A stretch of DNA of 64,000 bases from Scyliorhinus canicula (Eukaryota). The translations under genes and the position numbers were made by a program. Location: positions 124,533,144 to 124,597,143 of the forward strand of contig NC_052163.1 in assembly GCF_902713615.1 (NCBI RefSeq), read 5' to 3'. Within the stretch, counting starts at the first letter, position 1. Each line of letters begins with the position of its first letter. The notes under the pieces were generated by a model. That model did no database searches. It had not been told where the DNA came from and saw nothing but the letters and a program-made list of their open reading frames with translations. Positions 48,641-61,816 of this stretch are shown here, piece after piece.

Positions 48641-50138
48641 GTAAGTGGCTTTCTTGACCTCTTTTCCTTCTTCAAATTCCTCATTGTTTCTCGTTGACCT
48701 GTTTACAGAACGTGTGCATCCTCCCTGAAATTAGACCAATCAGAAATGTGGCAAAATTCATGATCGAGACTGGTTGTAAATAGAACTTTTCTCTTTGTAA
48801 TTTCCAATTAAGCGCCAATGAATAATTAAATGTTCTTTTTAATTGGAAATGCTGACAGATTAATTTGAATGATAAATTAATAATGGGCACTGTCTCATTT
48901 ATTATTACTTTTTATAAAGTGCTTCAGAGCTTTCAACCTTTATTAAATATTTAAAAAGTAAATGTCGTTGTCTTCGGTTGTGCGTCTATTGTGTGAGGAT
49001 TTACTCTCTCCTTCCACTCATGTTCCAGGAAATCAATGGTGACATTATATAATGAACCGTTAATGTGATTTAATATCTTTTGGGGCTCATTTCCCACTGT
49101 GAAATTTTAAAGTGGCATGCGAAAGATTCCCCAGTTTCTGGTAGAATGTTTGCTGTTACAATTCCACCGCCTCCCTCTTGTGATGCGAAATCCCAGATTA
49201 ATAACTTGTTGTGCCTGGATTTTCCATGCGCCGATGAAGTAGCTCCTTTTTATGAGGGTACACAGTGGTCGCAAGGTTTTCACAACGCTGTTTTTGTTTG
49301 TATTATGTCCGCTTGACCTGTGAAGCAGTCTCAACTGGTTGCATCCTTCCTCCACACCATGGTCCAGCCCGTGGTGGATTTAGTTGGATAACTTCTGGCT
49401 GTAGTTTTGGCGGTTACAGGCTTCACGTCATTGGGGACAGTTAATGGAAGCTGAATTCCATGTCCAGTATGTTGTGCAATAATAAATCGTATCGGCTTAC
49501 CCACGCTAATTTCTCTAAACCATCAGGATTACGGGTTGTCATTTGTGCAAATTGGCTGCAGTGTTTGTCCACCCAATGGCAGTACTTCAAATATACCCTA
49601 CTGGTGCAATGCCTTGGGGACGCACAAACAGTGCATGTCCCCAAATTTCATATTGCTGCTAATGTATTAGGTGGGACTCGTGTTGTGCTGAAACTGTTGC
49701 CTTTAAGGATGAACCATTGGGTTGATGCGTCAGCTTCTCCTTTGGTACTCTGACTACTGCGTCACTCGTGTTTGTGTGGGGGAGGCGGAGAGGGAGGGAA
49801 TAGAAGATCTCTGATTGTCAGATACCAGTATATTATGGAAGAGTTCACGGGATACATTCTGCTCTTGGAATGCTTTATGGCGACTGGAAACTATACTTGC
49901 TTGGGTTTTAGCAAGATTAGGACCACAAGCAATAGATTGGCAACTACGATAAGCCGGTGGCAGAGTTCAGTTCTGGGGGGAGAAATGTTTTTGCCTCGCT
50001 CTCCCCACAAAATGACCCAAAACGTCTGTCCCAACAATGACACCTGCAACATTAATGGGCTAGTGTGGTCAGGATTTCCGTGCAATGTGATGGTGGGCAG
50101 CTAAAGTTTTAATGTAACTGTGTTGATTGCGCAGACAA

Positions 50139-50416
50139 GGAGCGGCACGGTAGCACAGTGGTTAGCACTGTTGCTTCACAGCGCCAGGGACTGGGGTTCA
50201 ATTCCCGGCTTAGGTCACTATCTGCGCGGAGTCTGCACGTTCTCCCCATGTCTGCGTGGGTTTCCTCCGGGTTGTCTGATTTACACCCAAAAGACGTGCT
50301 TGTTAGGTAATTTAGACATTCTGAACTCTCCGCCGGAGTGTGGCGACCATGGGATTTTCACAGTAACTTCATTGCAGTGTTAATGTAAGCCTACTTGTGA
50401 CACTAAAGGTTATTAA
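50139..50416 (+). mobile_element. V-SINE family C
   Basis: V-SINE head with T3 tail GATTTTCACAGTAACTTCATTGCAGTGTTAATGTAAGCCTACTTGTGAC. Confidence 0.85.
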
Positions 50417-50419
50417 AAT

Positions 50420-51030
50420 TAACTTGAACTAAATTGCAAAATTTCAGAGGTTGAAGGAACCGAGAGACCCTGGGGTGTATCTTTGTACCTTGATAAGCCT
50501 GGTTAAGGTGCACGACTTGCATGGTTTTACTGAGGCATTGAGAACAAAAGCACTGGTTACACATCTGTTGGGAGTGTCCAATTTGAGACATTCCATTTTA
50601 GGAAGAATTTCAAGGACTTGGACAGAGTGCAGAGGAAATTTCTTTGAATGGTGTCATGGAAGAACTTCAGTTTTGTGGGAAGGTTGGGGAAGTGGGGCTT
50701 GCTTTGTCCTTTGAACAGAGAAGGTTAAGTGATGTGATTGAGGTGTTCAAAGTCATGAAGGGTTTTGATTGAGGCAGGAGGATTGGTAATCAGAGGACAC
50801 CGATTTAGAGGAAAAGATTTAAAAGAACCCGAGGCTACTGGAAAGAAAAGAAATTCACTGAGTTCTGATCTGGTGAACAGATGGCGGAAGCAGATTCTGT
50901 AATTCGCAGAAGGAAAGATCTGCAGGGGCCGTGGAGAAGGAGCAGGGGAGTGGGGCGAATTGGATAAATCAAAAGAGCTAGTAGAAGCACGATGGGTTGA
51001 ATGGCCACCTTCTGTGTTGTATTATTCTGT
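50420..51030 (+). mobile_element. Old CR1 LINE fragment
   Basis: Degenerate ORF2 end and tail GATGGGTTGAATGGCCACCTTCTG. Confidence 0.7.
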
Positions 51031-51094
51031 AAATCGATTATTTCTCTCCTTCCTCCTTCCCATTTCTATTAAGAGTCTTGTACATCTTTTGCAC

Positions 51095-51395
51095 TGATGG
51101 TGAAATTTGAAAATCTGGAATTAAAATTCTAAAGACGACCAATAAATCCACTGTCGATTCTCGTAAAAACCCATCTGGTTCACTAACCTTCAGGGAAGGA
51201 AATCTGCCGTCCTTGCCCGTTCTGGCCTCCGTGTGACTCCAGACCCCACACAGCAACGCGGTTGACTCTTAACTGCCCCTCCCACTGAAATGGTCTCGCT
51301 AGCCACTCAGTTCAAGGGCAATTGGGGATGGCCAACAAATTCTGGCCCAGGCAGCGATGCCCACATTCCAAGAACGAATTAAAAAAAAAAAAAAA
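51095..51395 (+). mobile_element. SINE family E (tail shared with the second CR1-like family)
   Basis: AAACCCATCTGGTTCACTAA...GTGACTCCAGA...AAGGGCAATTGGGGATGG; related fragments at 18696-18870 (-), 27185-27330 and 3500-3610. Confidence 0.6.
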
Positions 51396-52084
51396 ATCCA
51401 ACTTGCTGTTGTAAATTTTCAACGTTTGAACTTTTTTCCTTAAATTTCCAGTGTGTTAACTTGCAGCTGTGAAGTAATGGGGCATGGGTGGGGTGGCATA
51501 GCCAAGTTAAAGCAGCATTGACACAAAGATGGCTTGTGTAACTGACACCACATGGTGAGCATGTTAATTGCAAACTTTTAATCTGGCAATGGTTCAGTAA
51601 TTTGAATATTATCCAGTATGTATGGAATTTATTTTTTATGTGTGTACGTATTGTTCTGTTTAATGGACATTATGAGCTGGGCTCTGGTTCTGGCAATAAC
51701 ACAGGCTGTGTGGCATGTGTCCCATCTTTTTTTAGTTAGTGGGGTGGTATATAACCTGTGCTCCCGCCCGTTGTATATTGCCATCCAAAACTAATTTCTA
51801 CCCCGTGAATCTTAAGTGTGCTGCTAGACCATGGTGCTGGTATTGCACCAATCATGTGGGGATGGAGTTCGATCCTCTGCCTGCTGCTTAAAAGTGCAAG
51901 TACTTGGCCATCGAGCATGGTAGGTGACTGAGCTCTCCACAGCGATCACTGACATGTCTTAAAATTCAGACTGGCCTTTATTTGGTTAAGGAGTATTTAC
52001 CAACGGCACAGGACAATATCAAAAATCCTGGAAATACAGCTCGGGTATCATTATTGGTTAATCGCTGCTTCGGAGCGTCTGCCA

Positions 52085-52695
52085 GGTGTGGCTCGCTTGG
52101 TAGCACTCTCGGCTCTGAACCACAAGGTTCCAGGTTCAAGTCCCACAGTAGGCCTCGATTGCAATGATGAAATCTGGCACTGTGATGCAACCCTGATGGA
52201 GCACTGCACTGTTAGAGGTGCCATCGTTCAGATGAGATGTTGGACCAAGGTAATAGCAATAGCTGTCTTTATTGGTGTCACAAGTAGGCTTCCATTAATA
52301 CTGCAATGAAGTTACTGTGAAAATCCCCTAGTCGCCACATTCCGGCGGCTGGTCGGATACGCAGGGAGAATTCAGAATGTTCAATTCATCTAACAGCACG
52401 TCTTTTGGGACTTGTGGGAGGAAGCCGGAGCACCCGGAGGAAACCCACGCAGACACTGGGAGAACGTTCAGACTCCGCACAGACAGTGACCCAAGCTGGG
52501 AATCGAACCTGGGACCCTGGCACTGTGATGCAACAGTGCTAACCATTGTGCTACCGTGCTGCCAAAATGCCTGGTCAGGAGAACGTAAAAGACCCCATGG
52601 CGATCTGAAGAAGAGCAGAAGAGCTATGCCGAGCCAATATATACTCTTCAATCAATGCCACAAAAAAAATAATTAGTTGGTCATTAGCACAGTGT
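52085..52695 (+). mobile_element. DeuSINE-like element split by a family C V-SINE
   Basis: tRNA-like head (TTGGTAGCACTCT, GGTTCAAGTCCC); CTGCACTGTTAGAGGTGCCATC; resumes at about 52575 with CGTAAAAGACCCCATGGC. Confidence 0.65.
52250..52563 (-). mobile_element. V-SINE family C
   Basis: Head, V core and T3 tail in reverse complement. Confidence 0.88.
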
Positions 52696-53597
52696 CCCCC
52701 ACACTTTTGTCGTAAATGTTGGTGCAATATGGATGTTGGTCCGTGATGCTGACACAAGCAAAAGGGGGAAAGAGAACATTCCTCCTTTGTGTGGCTAGTA
52801 GATTGGGGAAGAACCCAAAATTGTTTGTGAATAAAATTATAAAATCTCTTTCTGTGATTTCTCCTCATTAGAAGGTTTTGTCACTTTGGTGTGATTGAGA
52901 AAACGGGCTATCAAGCAATGTGCCTGGTTACTGGTTAGCACCAGATTGCTGTTGTGACGGCGTGTTGATGGGACTCCTCATTTGAACTTGTCTGCAATTT
53001 CTTGTCGAGTGATGAGATTGAATTGCATTTTAATCTTCAGGGTTTTTAAGACCACAAATTAATGAGGTTGTAATTTTGGAAACCAGCTGGGATGATGAGC
53101 ATCAAACCTGACATCTGACTGGATGGATTTTGGGAGGTTAATTGAAGTGAGCCGAATGTTCAGTAGTTTTAATTCGGTTGTTTCAAATTCAGTTGGATGT
53201 GAGGGTGGGGAGACCGTTTTGGCAGTAGGGAGAATTACTCAGTAATTTACTATTTTGACCAACGTACCATTTATAATCTGTATTCCCGCCCCATTCTTAT
53301 CTCTGTCTGTACTGAGGATCTTTGCTGCAGTACCTTCAAGGACACCAGCTGCAAATCTCCCTCGGTATGTTTCTGCTTCAGGGGGAGCTGCCGTTACTGA
53401 GCGTGTGGTGGTTGGGGGGATGGGGAGGGGGGAGGGAGGTGTATCCAGGGTGGGTAGTGACTGGGTTTTTGGAGGTGGGGGGGGGGGGGGTAGGGCCTGT
53501 GGGGGGGGCCTGGGTGGGGCTCATGTGGGGAGATTGGGGTGCTGGGCCCATGTGTGGTACGGAGCCCCAACATCCCCCATTAATTTAGGGTAAGATG

Positions 53598-54088
53598 TTT
53601 TTTTTTTAAATTTAGAGTACCCAATTCTGTTTTTCCCAATTGAGGGGCAATTTCCTACCCTGCACATCTATTTTGGGTTGTGGAGGGCGAGAGCTATGCA
53701 GACATGGGGAGAATGTACAAACTTTAACTAGGGCAGCACGGTAGCATAGTGGTTAGCACAGTTGCTCCAGGATCCCAGGTTTGATTTCCGGCTGGGTCAC
53801 TGTCTGTGTGGAGTCTGAACGTTCTCCCGTTCTCCCCGTGTCTGCGTGGGTTTCCTCCAGGTGCTCCGGTTTCCTCCCACAGTCCAAAGACGTGCAGGTT
53901 AGGTGGACTGGCCTGGTAAATTGCCCTTGGTGTCCAAAAATGTTAAGTGGGGGTTACAGGGTTACGGGGATAGAGTAGATATGTGGGCTTGAGTAGGGTG
54001 CTCTTTGTAAGGGCTGGTGCAGACTCGATGGGCCAAATGGCCTCCTTCTGCACTGTAAATTCTATGTATGTGCTTTGTTCTATGTTCT
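53598..54088. mobile_element. Head-to-head V-SINE pair: family B fragment (-, 53598-53725) and family A (+, 53731-54088)
   Basis: Both match family sequences seen elsewhere in the window. Confidence 0.85.
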
Positions 54089-56046
54089 AATTTCGGGTAA
54101 CATTAATGAACAAAGAGGGTCCTGTGACCTGTCCTGAATTCTACCTGACAACAGGTTGTTGATGGTTAAAGAGCGGCCCAGGTTGTTTTACTGGGACTAG
54201 GCTGTAAGATAGTCACTGTCGGCAGTGACCTGAGCAGCTGTTCAGATGATGCATCGACTGTTGGGCCTGGACCTTCACCGGGTTGGGAGGTCTTGGGAGC
54301 CCTTTAATAACGACGGGCAGGTCCTGATTCCGGGATTCCTGACTCCATTATTGGCTGTCCGATTTTCGGGAGTACCTTCAAAGGGTGTCGGTTCTTTTGG
54401 GTCAAAAGCTTGCATCCTGCACTCCCGACCTGGCCAGCTCTAATTGGGATGAAAGGCTCGTCCTCGTCCTCTGCAATGTGTGTGGAGCCAGGCTAGCTTT
54501 TAAATTATTTGGTGTTTCACGGCTCCTCTGAGGAATTGTGAGCCTAATTCTTCAAACCTGACCCTTTAAAAGGGGATGTTCAGAAGGTTATCCTCATGTG
54601 CCCCCCCCCCCCCCCCCCCAAGTGCCATGGTAAGGCCCCACCATATTTACAGAAGCAATGTTTTCCCTGAGGCTCAAGTATTTTAGAACTATAATGGATT
54701 TCTGGGCTTCGTAGCCCTTTGATTTCTGCTGTCAATTTCACAATGCTTGTTTGCACAAGATTAAAGGTTTTTGAGTGTTTCAGCTATTGAAACTTTAAAA
54801 GATTTAGAAGATAGATACCGATAGTAAAAAGGAGGTTTTTTTTTTAAGAAGGTGGGAAATTATCGATGAACTATTTTCTAAACCTTTTTCGTTAAACACA
54901 TTGTTGCTTCTATACAATGTATAGTGAGTGACTGGATATTGAAGTGCCATGGCTTGGTATGGGAGACATGAGGGGCCACAGGAAGTGTTAGGGGCATGGA
55001 TGGAAGTTTGGGAGTATGTAGGAGAGTGAGGGCCTTTCTGTTTTAATTTCAACTGGGGCCACTTTACTGAGCAGACCTTTTAAACAGCCTGCCATTGCAC
55101 CCATCAGCCCGATGGCTACCTCCAATCTCTTCCCTGGCTCGGAGACCAGCCCCCATCTACTTCCCAGCAATGAAGATCCTGTTGTCGGGGGCCCTTTCTC
55201 CGATGGAATTTTTCACAATTCCCACTGCCCACCTCGGTGATGAAAATTCATGCCTTAGTCCCTAGTGTCTCGGGGAGGTGTTGGGACAGGTTTTATAGAT
55301 GGTTATACTTTAAAGTGTCTCTTTAATTCTGAGACTGAATGCAGTTGGTAGTCTAGAAAATAGCTCATTAACATTTTTTTCCCTGGATACAAGGCACGTG
55401 TGATTCATGTTACCATGTAGACTGATTGATTCTGAAAGGGGAAGCCATGGCGAGCTGTTGTCATATCGGGTGCGTCTTAAGATAGCCCTGAAAACACACA
55501 GACACGCCACAGTGTGAGAATCTGAGAGGGAGAGCAGAGAGTTGAAGGTGGCCAGTTTCTATTGTTTATCATGCGCTCAGATTGAAGGGACAAAGCTCAA
55601 GCAGTTAAACAAGGCTGGAAGATTTATCTAGCTTGGCTCGAGGGAGGAATCTTCATCTTGAAACTCCATTTGGGATTTAAATTTACTCAGCTCTCAAAGA
55701 AAAAAAGGAGCTAATAAACCCTTTGGACTTGTCCGTGGAGAATGATGTGTCCTTGAGAGGCATTTTAAAGTCTAACCATATTGTGAGGATTTAAGTTGTT
55801 TTAAAAGTTGAAGACGGGAAGTTATGAAGCTGGTATAAGCTGCTGATAAAATAATGTTTAGTCAGTGTTGCTATTAATTTGAGTTTGAGTTGTTTTCAGC
55901 CAGTCATTGGATGTTCAAATTTCTTTTGGTTAATGAGCTGAGCAAAGTCAGTATAGGTGGGGAGTTAAACCTGACAACATATTCCCGTTCTTGAGGGAAG
56001 ATGACACTGGACAAAGGATATAGGATATAGGGATGGGATGTAGAGA

Positions 56047-56394
56047 TCATAGAATTCCTACAGTGGCCCTTCATTTGGCCCATCATGTCTGCACTGACCC
56101 TTTGAATAAGCACGCTATCCATGTCCACTCCCTCATCCACCCCAACCTATCCCAATAACCCCATAACCTAACCTGCATATCCCTGGGAACTAAGGGGCAA
56201 TGTAGTATGGCCAATCCCCCTAACCTGCACATCTTTAGGATGTGGGAGGAAACTGGAGCACCCGGAGGAAACCCACGCAGACGCGGGGAGAATGTACAAA
56301 CACCACACAGATAGGCACCCAAGGCCAGAATTGAACTTGGGTCTCTGGGTGTTGTGAGGCAGCAGTGCTAACCACTGTGCCACCGTGCCGCCCC
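56047..56394 (-). mobile_element. V-SINE family A (HE1-like)
   Basis: Full V core and CR1-type tail. Confidence 0.88.
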
Positions 56395-57270
56395 ATATTG
56401 CATGACAAATCTACAGAGGGAGAGAGACAGGTTCAGTGAATGGCCGATGGAATACATTGTGGGGAAATGTGAAGTGGTGCACTTTGGAAGGAAGACTAAA
56501 GGAGCAGAACATTATTAAAATGGAGAAAGACTGCAGAAAGCTGCAGTGCAGAGGGATTTGAAGGTCCTCATGCATAAATCAGAGAAAGCTAACAGCAAGT
56601 TCAGGTAATAGAGAAGGGACAGGGAATGTTGACCTTTTATTTCAAAGGGAGTGGGGTATAAAACTAGAGAAGTTGTGCTAAAACTGTACACTGCACTCGT
56701 TAGATCATACCTGGGATACTGTGAACAGTCTTGGTCCCTTTATCGAAGGATATACTGACATCAAAGGCAGTCCAGAGAAGGTTCACGAGGTTGATCCTGG
56801 GAATGGAGGGATTTTCTTGTAAGGGGAAGTTGAGTAGGTTGGGTCTGTACTCTTTGGAGTTTAGAACAATTGGGGGGGGGGGGGGTGATCTTATTGAGAC
56901 AAATGGGATTCCCAGGGGGTTTGACAGGATAGGTGCTGAGAGGTTGTTTCCCCTTGTGGGAGAGTCTAGGACCAGAGGGCAGAATCTCAGAGTGAGGGAT
57001 CGCCCATTTCAGTCAGGGATGAGGAGGAATTTCTTCTCTCTGAGTGCAGTGGATCTGTGGAAATCTTTACCACAGAGAGGTCTAGAGGCTGGGCCACTAA
57101 GTATGTTTAAGACTGATACAGATTTGTATAGGAACCAAGGAGTATGGGGGTAAGGTGGGAAAGTGGAGTTGAGGGTTATCATATCTAATCAGTCATGATC
57201 TCATTGCATGGTCTAGCAGACTCGATAGGCCGAATAGCCTCCTTCTGCTCCTACATCTTGTCTTATGGTA
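56395..57270 (+). mobile_element. CR1 LINE 3' part
   Basis: KCEVVHFGR; AVQRRFTRLILGM...MRRNFFS; CR1 tail. Confidence 0.9.
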
Positions 57271-58069
57271 GTCACTGTTGTACTAGCAAAGCAAATGCTT
57301 TCTGTCTCTCATTGATTGTGCTGTAGTGTACTCCCAGAGTGGAATGATTTCTAAGACGTGAATGGAAAGTTTAAGGTAACCCATTAAGAGTCATTTGTCC
57401 CTCCTGCCCTTCAAAGCTGGGAGCTTGAGCAGTTTTACATTCCTTTTGACCCAGCCTTTTATAGAGCTGTAATGTGGCTGTGCATTATGGCTCTGATTTA
57501 TTATTTCTGAAATTTATTTTCAAACCCATTGGTGTGAAGACTGCATTCATTCTCCAGAGAAGGCTTAACAAAGCCATAAATCAATGTTGCTACAATTGCT
57601 GATGGACTACCCAGTAGATTGGGCCTCGATTGCACTTTGGCAAAGTCAACCCTATGCTATTGTGGGTGAGTGATGGAATTGAATGATCGGGTGGAGGCTC
57701 TGTGAAAGGTTGAAATCAAACGCGTGCAGACACGACTGAACTCTCAACTTGGATCATTCGAGGCGAAGATAAAAGGGGGGTTAGTTCAAAGTTCTGTTAA
57801 GTGTAACTGTACAGAGGTGAGGACACAATAGACTGTGCTGCTATTGTAAGTACTGATTCAAGACTTGGTTAATTGTCAAAGAACTGGTTTATCACATGTG
57901 ATCTGCATGAAGCAGCAATGACATGAAATGTAGGATTTAATTGGAAAAAGTTGATTTTCTTTTGACTTTGCAATTTTTACATTTTACAACAGGGGTCAAT
58001 AGGTAACGATCTTAAGCTGATTTTAATATAGAAATAGATCATTTATCGCAATGTGCCACGACCAATGTT

Positions 58070-58780
58070 TATGCTGCACATGACTTTCCCCTCTCCCTAC
58101 TTCATCCAACCCCATCAAAACATCCTATTGGTGGCTCCATCGTGTGCTTCCCTTAAATGTATTTATTCTAGTTGTCTCGACTCCTCACATGATAGATCGA
58201 TACACCTTCACTCTCTGGGCACGAGGTTTCTCCCGAGTTCATTATTAGGTATATTTGCGACTTGAGAGTAATATTACCTAGCCTTAGTTTTGAACTCTCC
58301 TCCCACAAGCAGAAACATTTTCCCTCTGCCCACGCCATCGAACCTCCTCTTCACTTCAAAGACCTGCATCAGGTCACAACCTTGAGCCTGTTCTGCCGTA
58401 ACACAGCACAAACTGGAACGAGAGTGGCCCATTCGGCCCATTGAAGCCTGCCCCGCCATTCAATAAGATCATGGCTGATTTGATTAACTCCACTCTCCTG
58501 CCTGCCCGCCCCCAAATATCCTTTGGCTCTCCTGTCAATCAAAAGTCAAGATTCTGAGGGATTGACTGGGTACATGCTGAAATTCAATAGCCCAGCCTCC
58601 ACTGCTCTCTGGGGAAAGAACTCCAAGCATGAACAGCCACCTGCCGAGAAATTCCTCCTCGTCTCTGTCTTAAATTACCCCCCATTATTTTGAAACTACG
58701 CTGCTATTTCTACATTCCCCAACGAGAGAAAGCATGCTCTCCACACTTACCCTGTCACCCCCTCAAAATCTTTTATGTTA
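58070..58780 (-). mobile_element. Two adjacent CR1 3' fragments
   Basis: Reverse-complement ORF2 end (GCDLMQVFEV) and tail GGCCCATTCGGCCCAT. Confidence 0.7.
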
Positions 58781-58805
58781 CTACTTGGATGATCTGTTTC
58801 TTCAT

Positions 58806-59091
58806 TCTCGGCTTGGGTCACTGTCTGTAAGGAGTCGGCACGTTCTCCCCGTGTCTGCGTGGATTTCGTCCGGGTGCCCCGGTTTCCATTCATGGTTCAA
58901 AGATGTGCAGGTTAGGTGGATTGGCCAATGTTAAATTGCCCTTGATGTCCAAAAAGGTGGGGTGGGGTCACTGGGTTACAGGGATAGGATGAAGGTGTGG
59001 GCTTGGGTAGGGTGCTCTTTCCTAGGGCCGGTGCAGACTCGATAGGCCGAATGGCCTCCTTCTGCACTGTAAATTTTGTGATTCTATGATT
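58806..59091 (+). mobile_element. V-SINE family A, 5'-truncated
   Basis: V core and CR1-type tail. Confidence 0.85.
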
Positions 59092-59199
59092 CATTCCATT
59101 CTTCTCACCTTGGTTCCATAAACACGTGATACCCTTACCTAAAAAGAAATCTAGTAAATAAGAAGCTGACCTCCACTCCAACAGAACCTGCCTGCGATC

Positions 59200-59502
59200 A
59201 ATTTGCAAGGTAAAGGCCGAGACATATAGGGTGGACATCGCGAGCCTTTTTCCTCGGATGGTGATGTCCAGCATGATGGGAGATAGATATAGGACAGATG
59301 TCAGAGGTAGGTTCTTTACTCAGAGAGTAGTAAGGGCGTGGAACAGTAGTGGACTCGCCAACACTAAACGCATTCAAATGGTCATTGGATAGACATATGG
59401 ACGATAAAGGAATAGTGTAGAGGGACTTTAGAAGGGTTTCACAGGACGGTGCAACATCGTGGGCCGAAGGGCCTGTACTGCGCTGTAATGTTCTATGTTC
59501 TA
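59200..59502 (+). mobile_element. CR1 LINE 3' end
   Basis: GRFFTQRVVRAWN; tail GTGGGCCGAAGGGCCTGTACTG followed by (TTCTATG)n. Confidence 0.85.
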
Positions 59503-59505
59503 TCT

Positions 59506-60915
59506 GCCCCCACACCCGTCTGCAACTCCGACAGGTCCGTCACCCCAAACAGGGCTTCTCGGGAACAGGCTCCAATTCCTTTTGTAAGATTGCCGACATG
59601 GTGTTAAGGGAGGAACCCCAAAATTTTGCTAGTTTAAGACGTGCCCAGAACAGCTGTACATGATTCACTGGGCCCCTCCCACACCACCTACACCTATCTT
59701 CTACCCTCTCAAACACTCAACCCATCCTTGCCCTTGTGAAATGTGCCCGATGCACCACCTTTAGTTGTACAAGATTGAGGCTTGCACACGACAAGGTGGC
59801 ATTCACCCTCTGCAGGGCTTCATGCCGCACACCCGCCTCCACTTACCCCCCCCCCCCCCCCCGCCCACTTGGCCTTAATCCCCTCCAGCATTGCTGTGTC
59901 CTGCATCAGAACCCTCCCATGAATTCTGGAGGCACCTCTTCCGCCTCTGCCTACGGCCGTACCCTCTCCACCAACGATGCGGGCGGCAATACCGGAAAGG
60001 TTGGAAAAATCTTCCCAGAAAAATTCCGAGCTCCTCCAAACTGGGCTAACCCATACGTCTCCGTGAATTCCTCCAGCCTCGCAAACCACCCCTCCAGGAA
60101 TAAACCCACCATTACTGCCACCCCCTTAACCTACCAACCTCCAAACCAGGCATCCAATCTAGCCGGTTCAAACATGTGATTGTCCCAAATCAGTCAGCTT
60201 CGACCCTTCTCTGCCTTAAAATGCTGCCGTAATTGCCTCAATATTTTTAATGATGGCCACCACCACTGCATTTGCTGAAGATTTTCCCAGAACAAACAGC
60301 AGCGAAGCGTTCTCAGCCCCTTACACAACCATCATCACCCAGACTGCCTTCTGATCCCCGCACCGACCCAAAACCACCTCCATGTTCACCGCCCAGTAAT
60401 AGTACATAAGGTTCAGTAGCACCAAACCCCCGGACTGCTGATCCCTCTGTCGGACCCTTTCCTGAAACCTTAACCCCCCCCTTAGTCAAATAAACGACGA
60501 GATCAAGCCTCCTACCCCCACAAAACACACCTTTTGGTAGAAACACAGGCAGGCACGGAAATAAAAACAAAAACCGTGGCAAAATATTCATCTTCACTGA
60601 TTGCACTTGCCCAGCAAGAGACAGTGGGAAACTCTTCCATCTCTGTAAATCCACCTTGTCCTTCCTCACTAAACTCGTAAAATGTAACTTCCAGAGCCGC
60701 CCCCAATCCCAAGCAACCTGCATCCCAAAGTATCTGAAGTGAGAGCTCGTCAAAGAAAACTGCAGTATCCCTAAGTTTACCCCCTTCCCGGCGGAGTAAC
60801 TGGAATACATCTGCTTTCTTCCAAACTCAATTTGTATCCTGAGAAAGCTCCAAACTGCCTGAACAGCCCCATTATTTCTTCCCCCACCCGTGTGCGTATC
60901 TTGCTTTCTACCATT
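59506..60915 (-). mobile_element. L1-clade LINE ORF2 fragment
   Basis: FGAFSGYKLS, FRYFGMQVAWDW, LSLAGQVQSVKMNILPRFLFLF. Confidence 0.85.
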
Positions 60916-60920
60916 TCTTT

Positions 60921-61113
60921 GAAATGAAAAATGAAATGAAATGAAAATCGCTTATTGTCACGAGTAGGCTTCAATGAAGTTAGTGAAAAGCCCCTAGTCG
61001 CCACATTCCGGCGCCTGTCCGGGGAGGCTGGTACGGGAATCGAACCGTGCTGCTGGCCTGCTTGGTCTGCTTTAAAAGCCAGCGATTTAGCCCGGTGAGC
61101 TAAACCAGCCCCT
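60921..61113 (-). mobile_element. SINE family D with (ATTTC)n tail variant
   Basis: Head GGGGCTGGTTTAGCTC; T3 tail ending GCGATTTTCATTTCATTTC. Confidence 0.88.
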
Positions 61114-61314
61114 AAAGCAGTGACTTTAGTTTTATATTTTGTTGAAGTTAGTCTGGCGGTGAGGCACAATAGGTGGCTCTTTTATTTTGATTAGTGCCAA
61201 GGCTGGGAAACTCCCTCCATAATAATTCTACACTCTCCATTTGTAACTTGCATATTTTACATTGTGCAGAGGCATATACTTCATTTAACCTCATTCGCTT
61301 TCACCATGTTGTGT

Positions 61315-61347
<33 letters not shown>

Positions 61348-61467
61348 GGGTGCGTGACCAGCAACTCTTTCAAATTCCAGAATCACTATGGGGTGGGGCC
61401 TAGGAAGAGATTTAGTTGATCTTGAAAGGCGTTAAAATTCCTGAAGCCGGTAGGTAAAATTTTCACA

Positions 61468-61765
61468 TAATAATAATTAAGAATCTTTATTAGTGTCACA
61501 AGTCGGCTGACATTAACACTGCAATGGAGTTACTGTGAAAATCCCCTAGTCGCCACACTCTGGCGCCTGTTTGGGTACACAGAGGGAGAATTCAGAATGT
61601 CCAACAAGCCCGTCTTTCAGGACTTGTGGGAGGAAACCGGAGCACCCGGAGGAAACCCACGCAGACACAGGGAGAACGTGCAGACTCTGCACAGATAGTG
61701 ACCCAAGCCGGGAATCGAACCTGGGATCCTGGCTAACTATGCTAACCACTCTGCCACCATGGTGT
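61468..61765 (-). mobile_element. V-SINE family C
   Basis: V core and T3 tail in reverse complement. Confidence 0.85.
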
Positions 61766-61816
61766 CCACCTTGCTCTTCTCCCAGGGTCTTTTTAAGGAA
61801 TAAAGCCGCTGACTCT

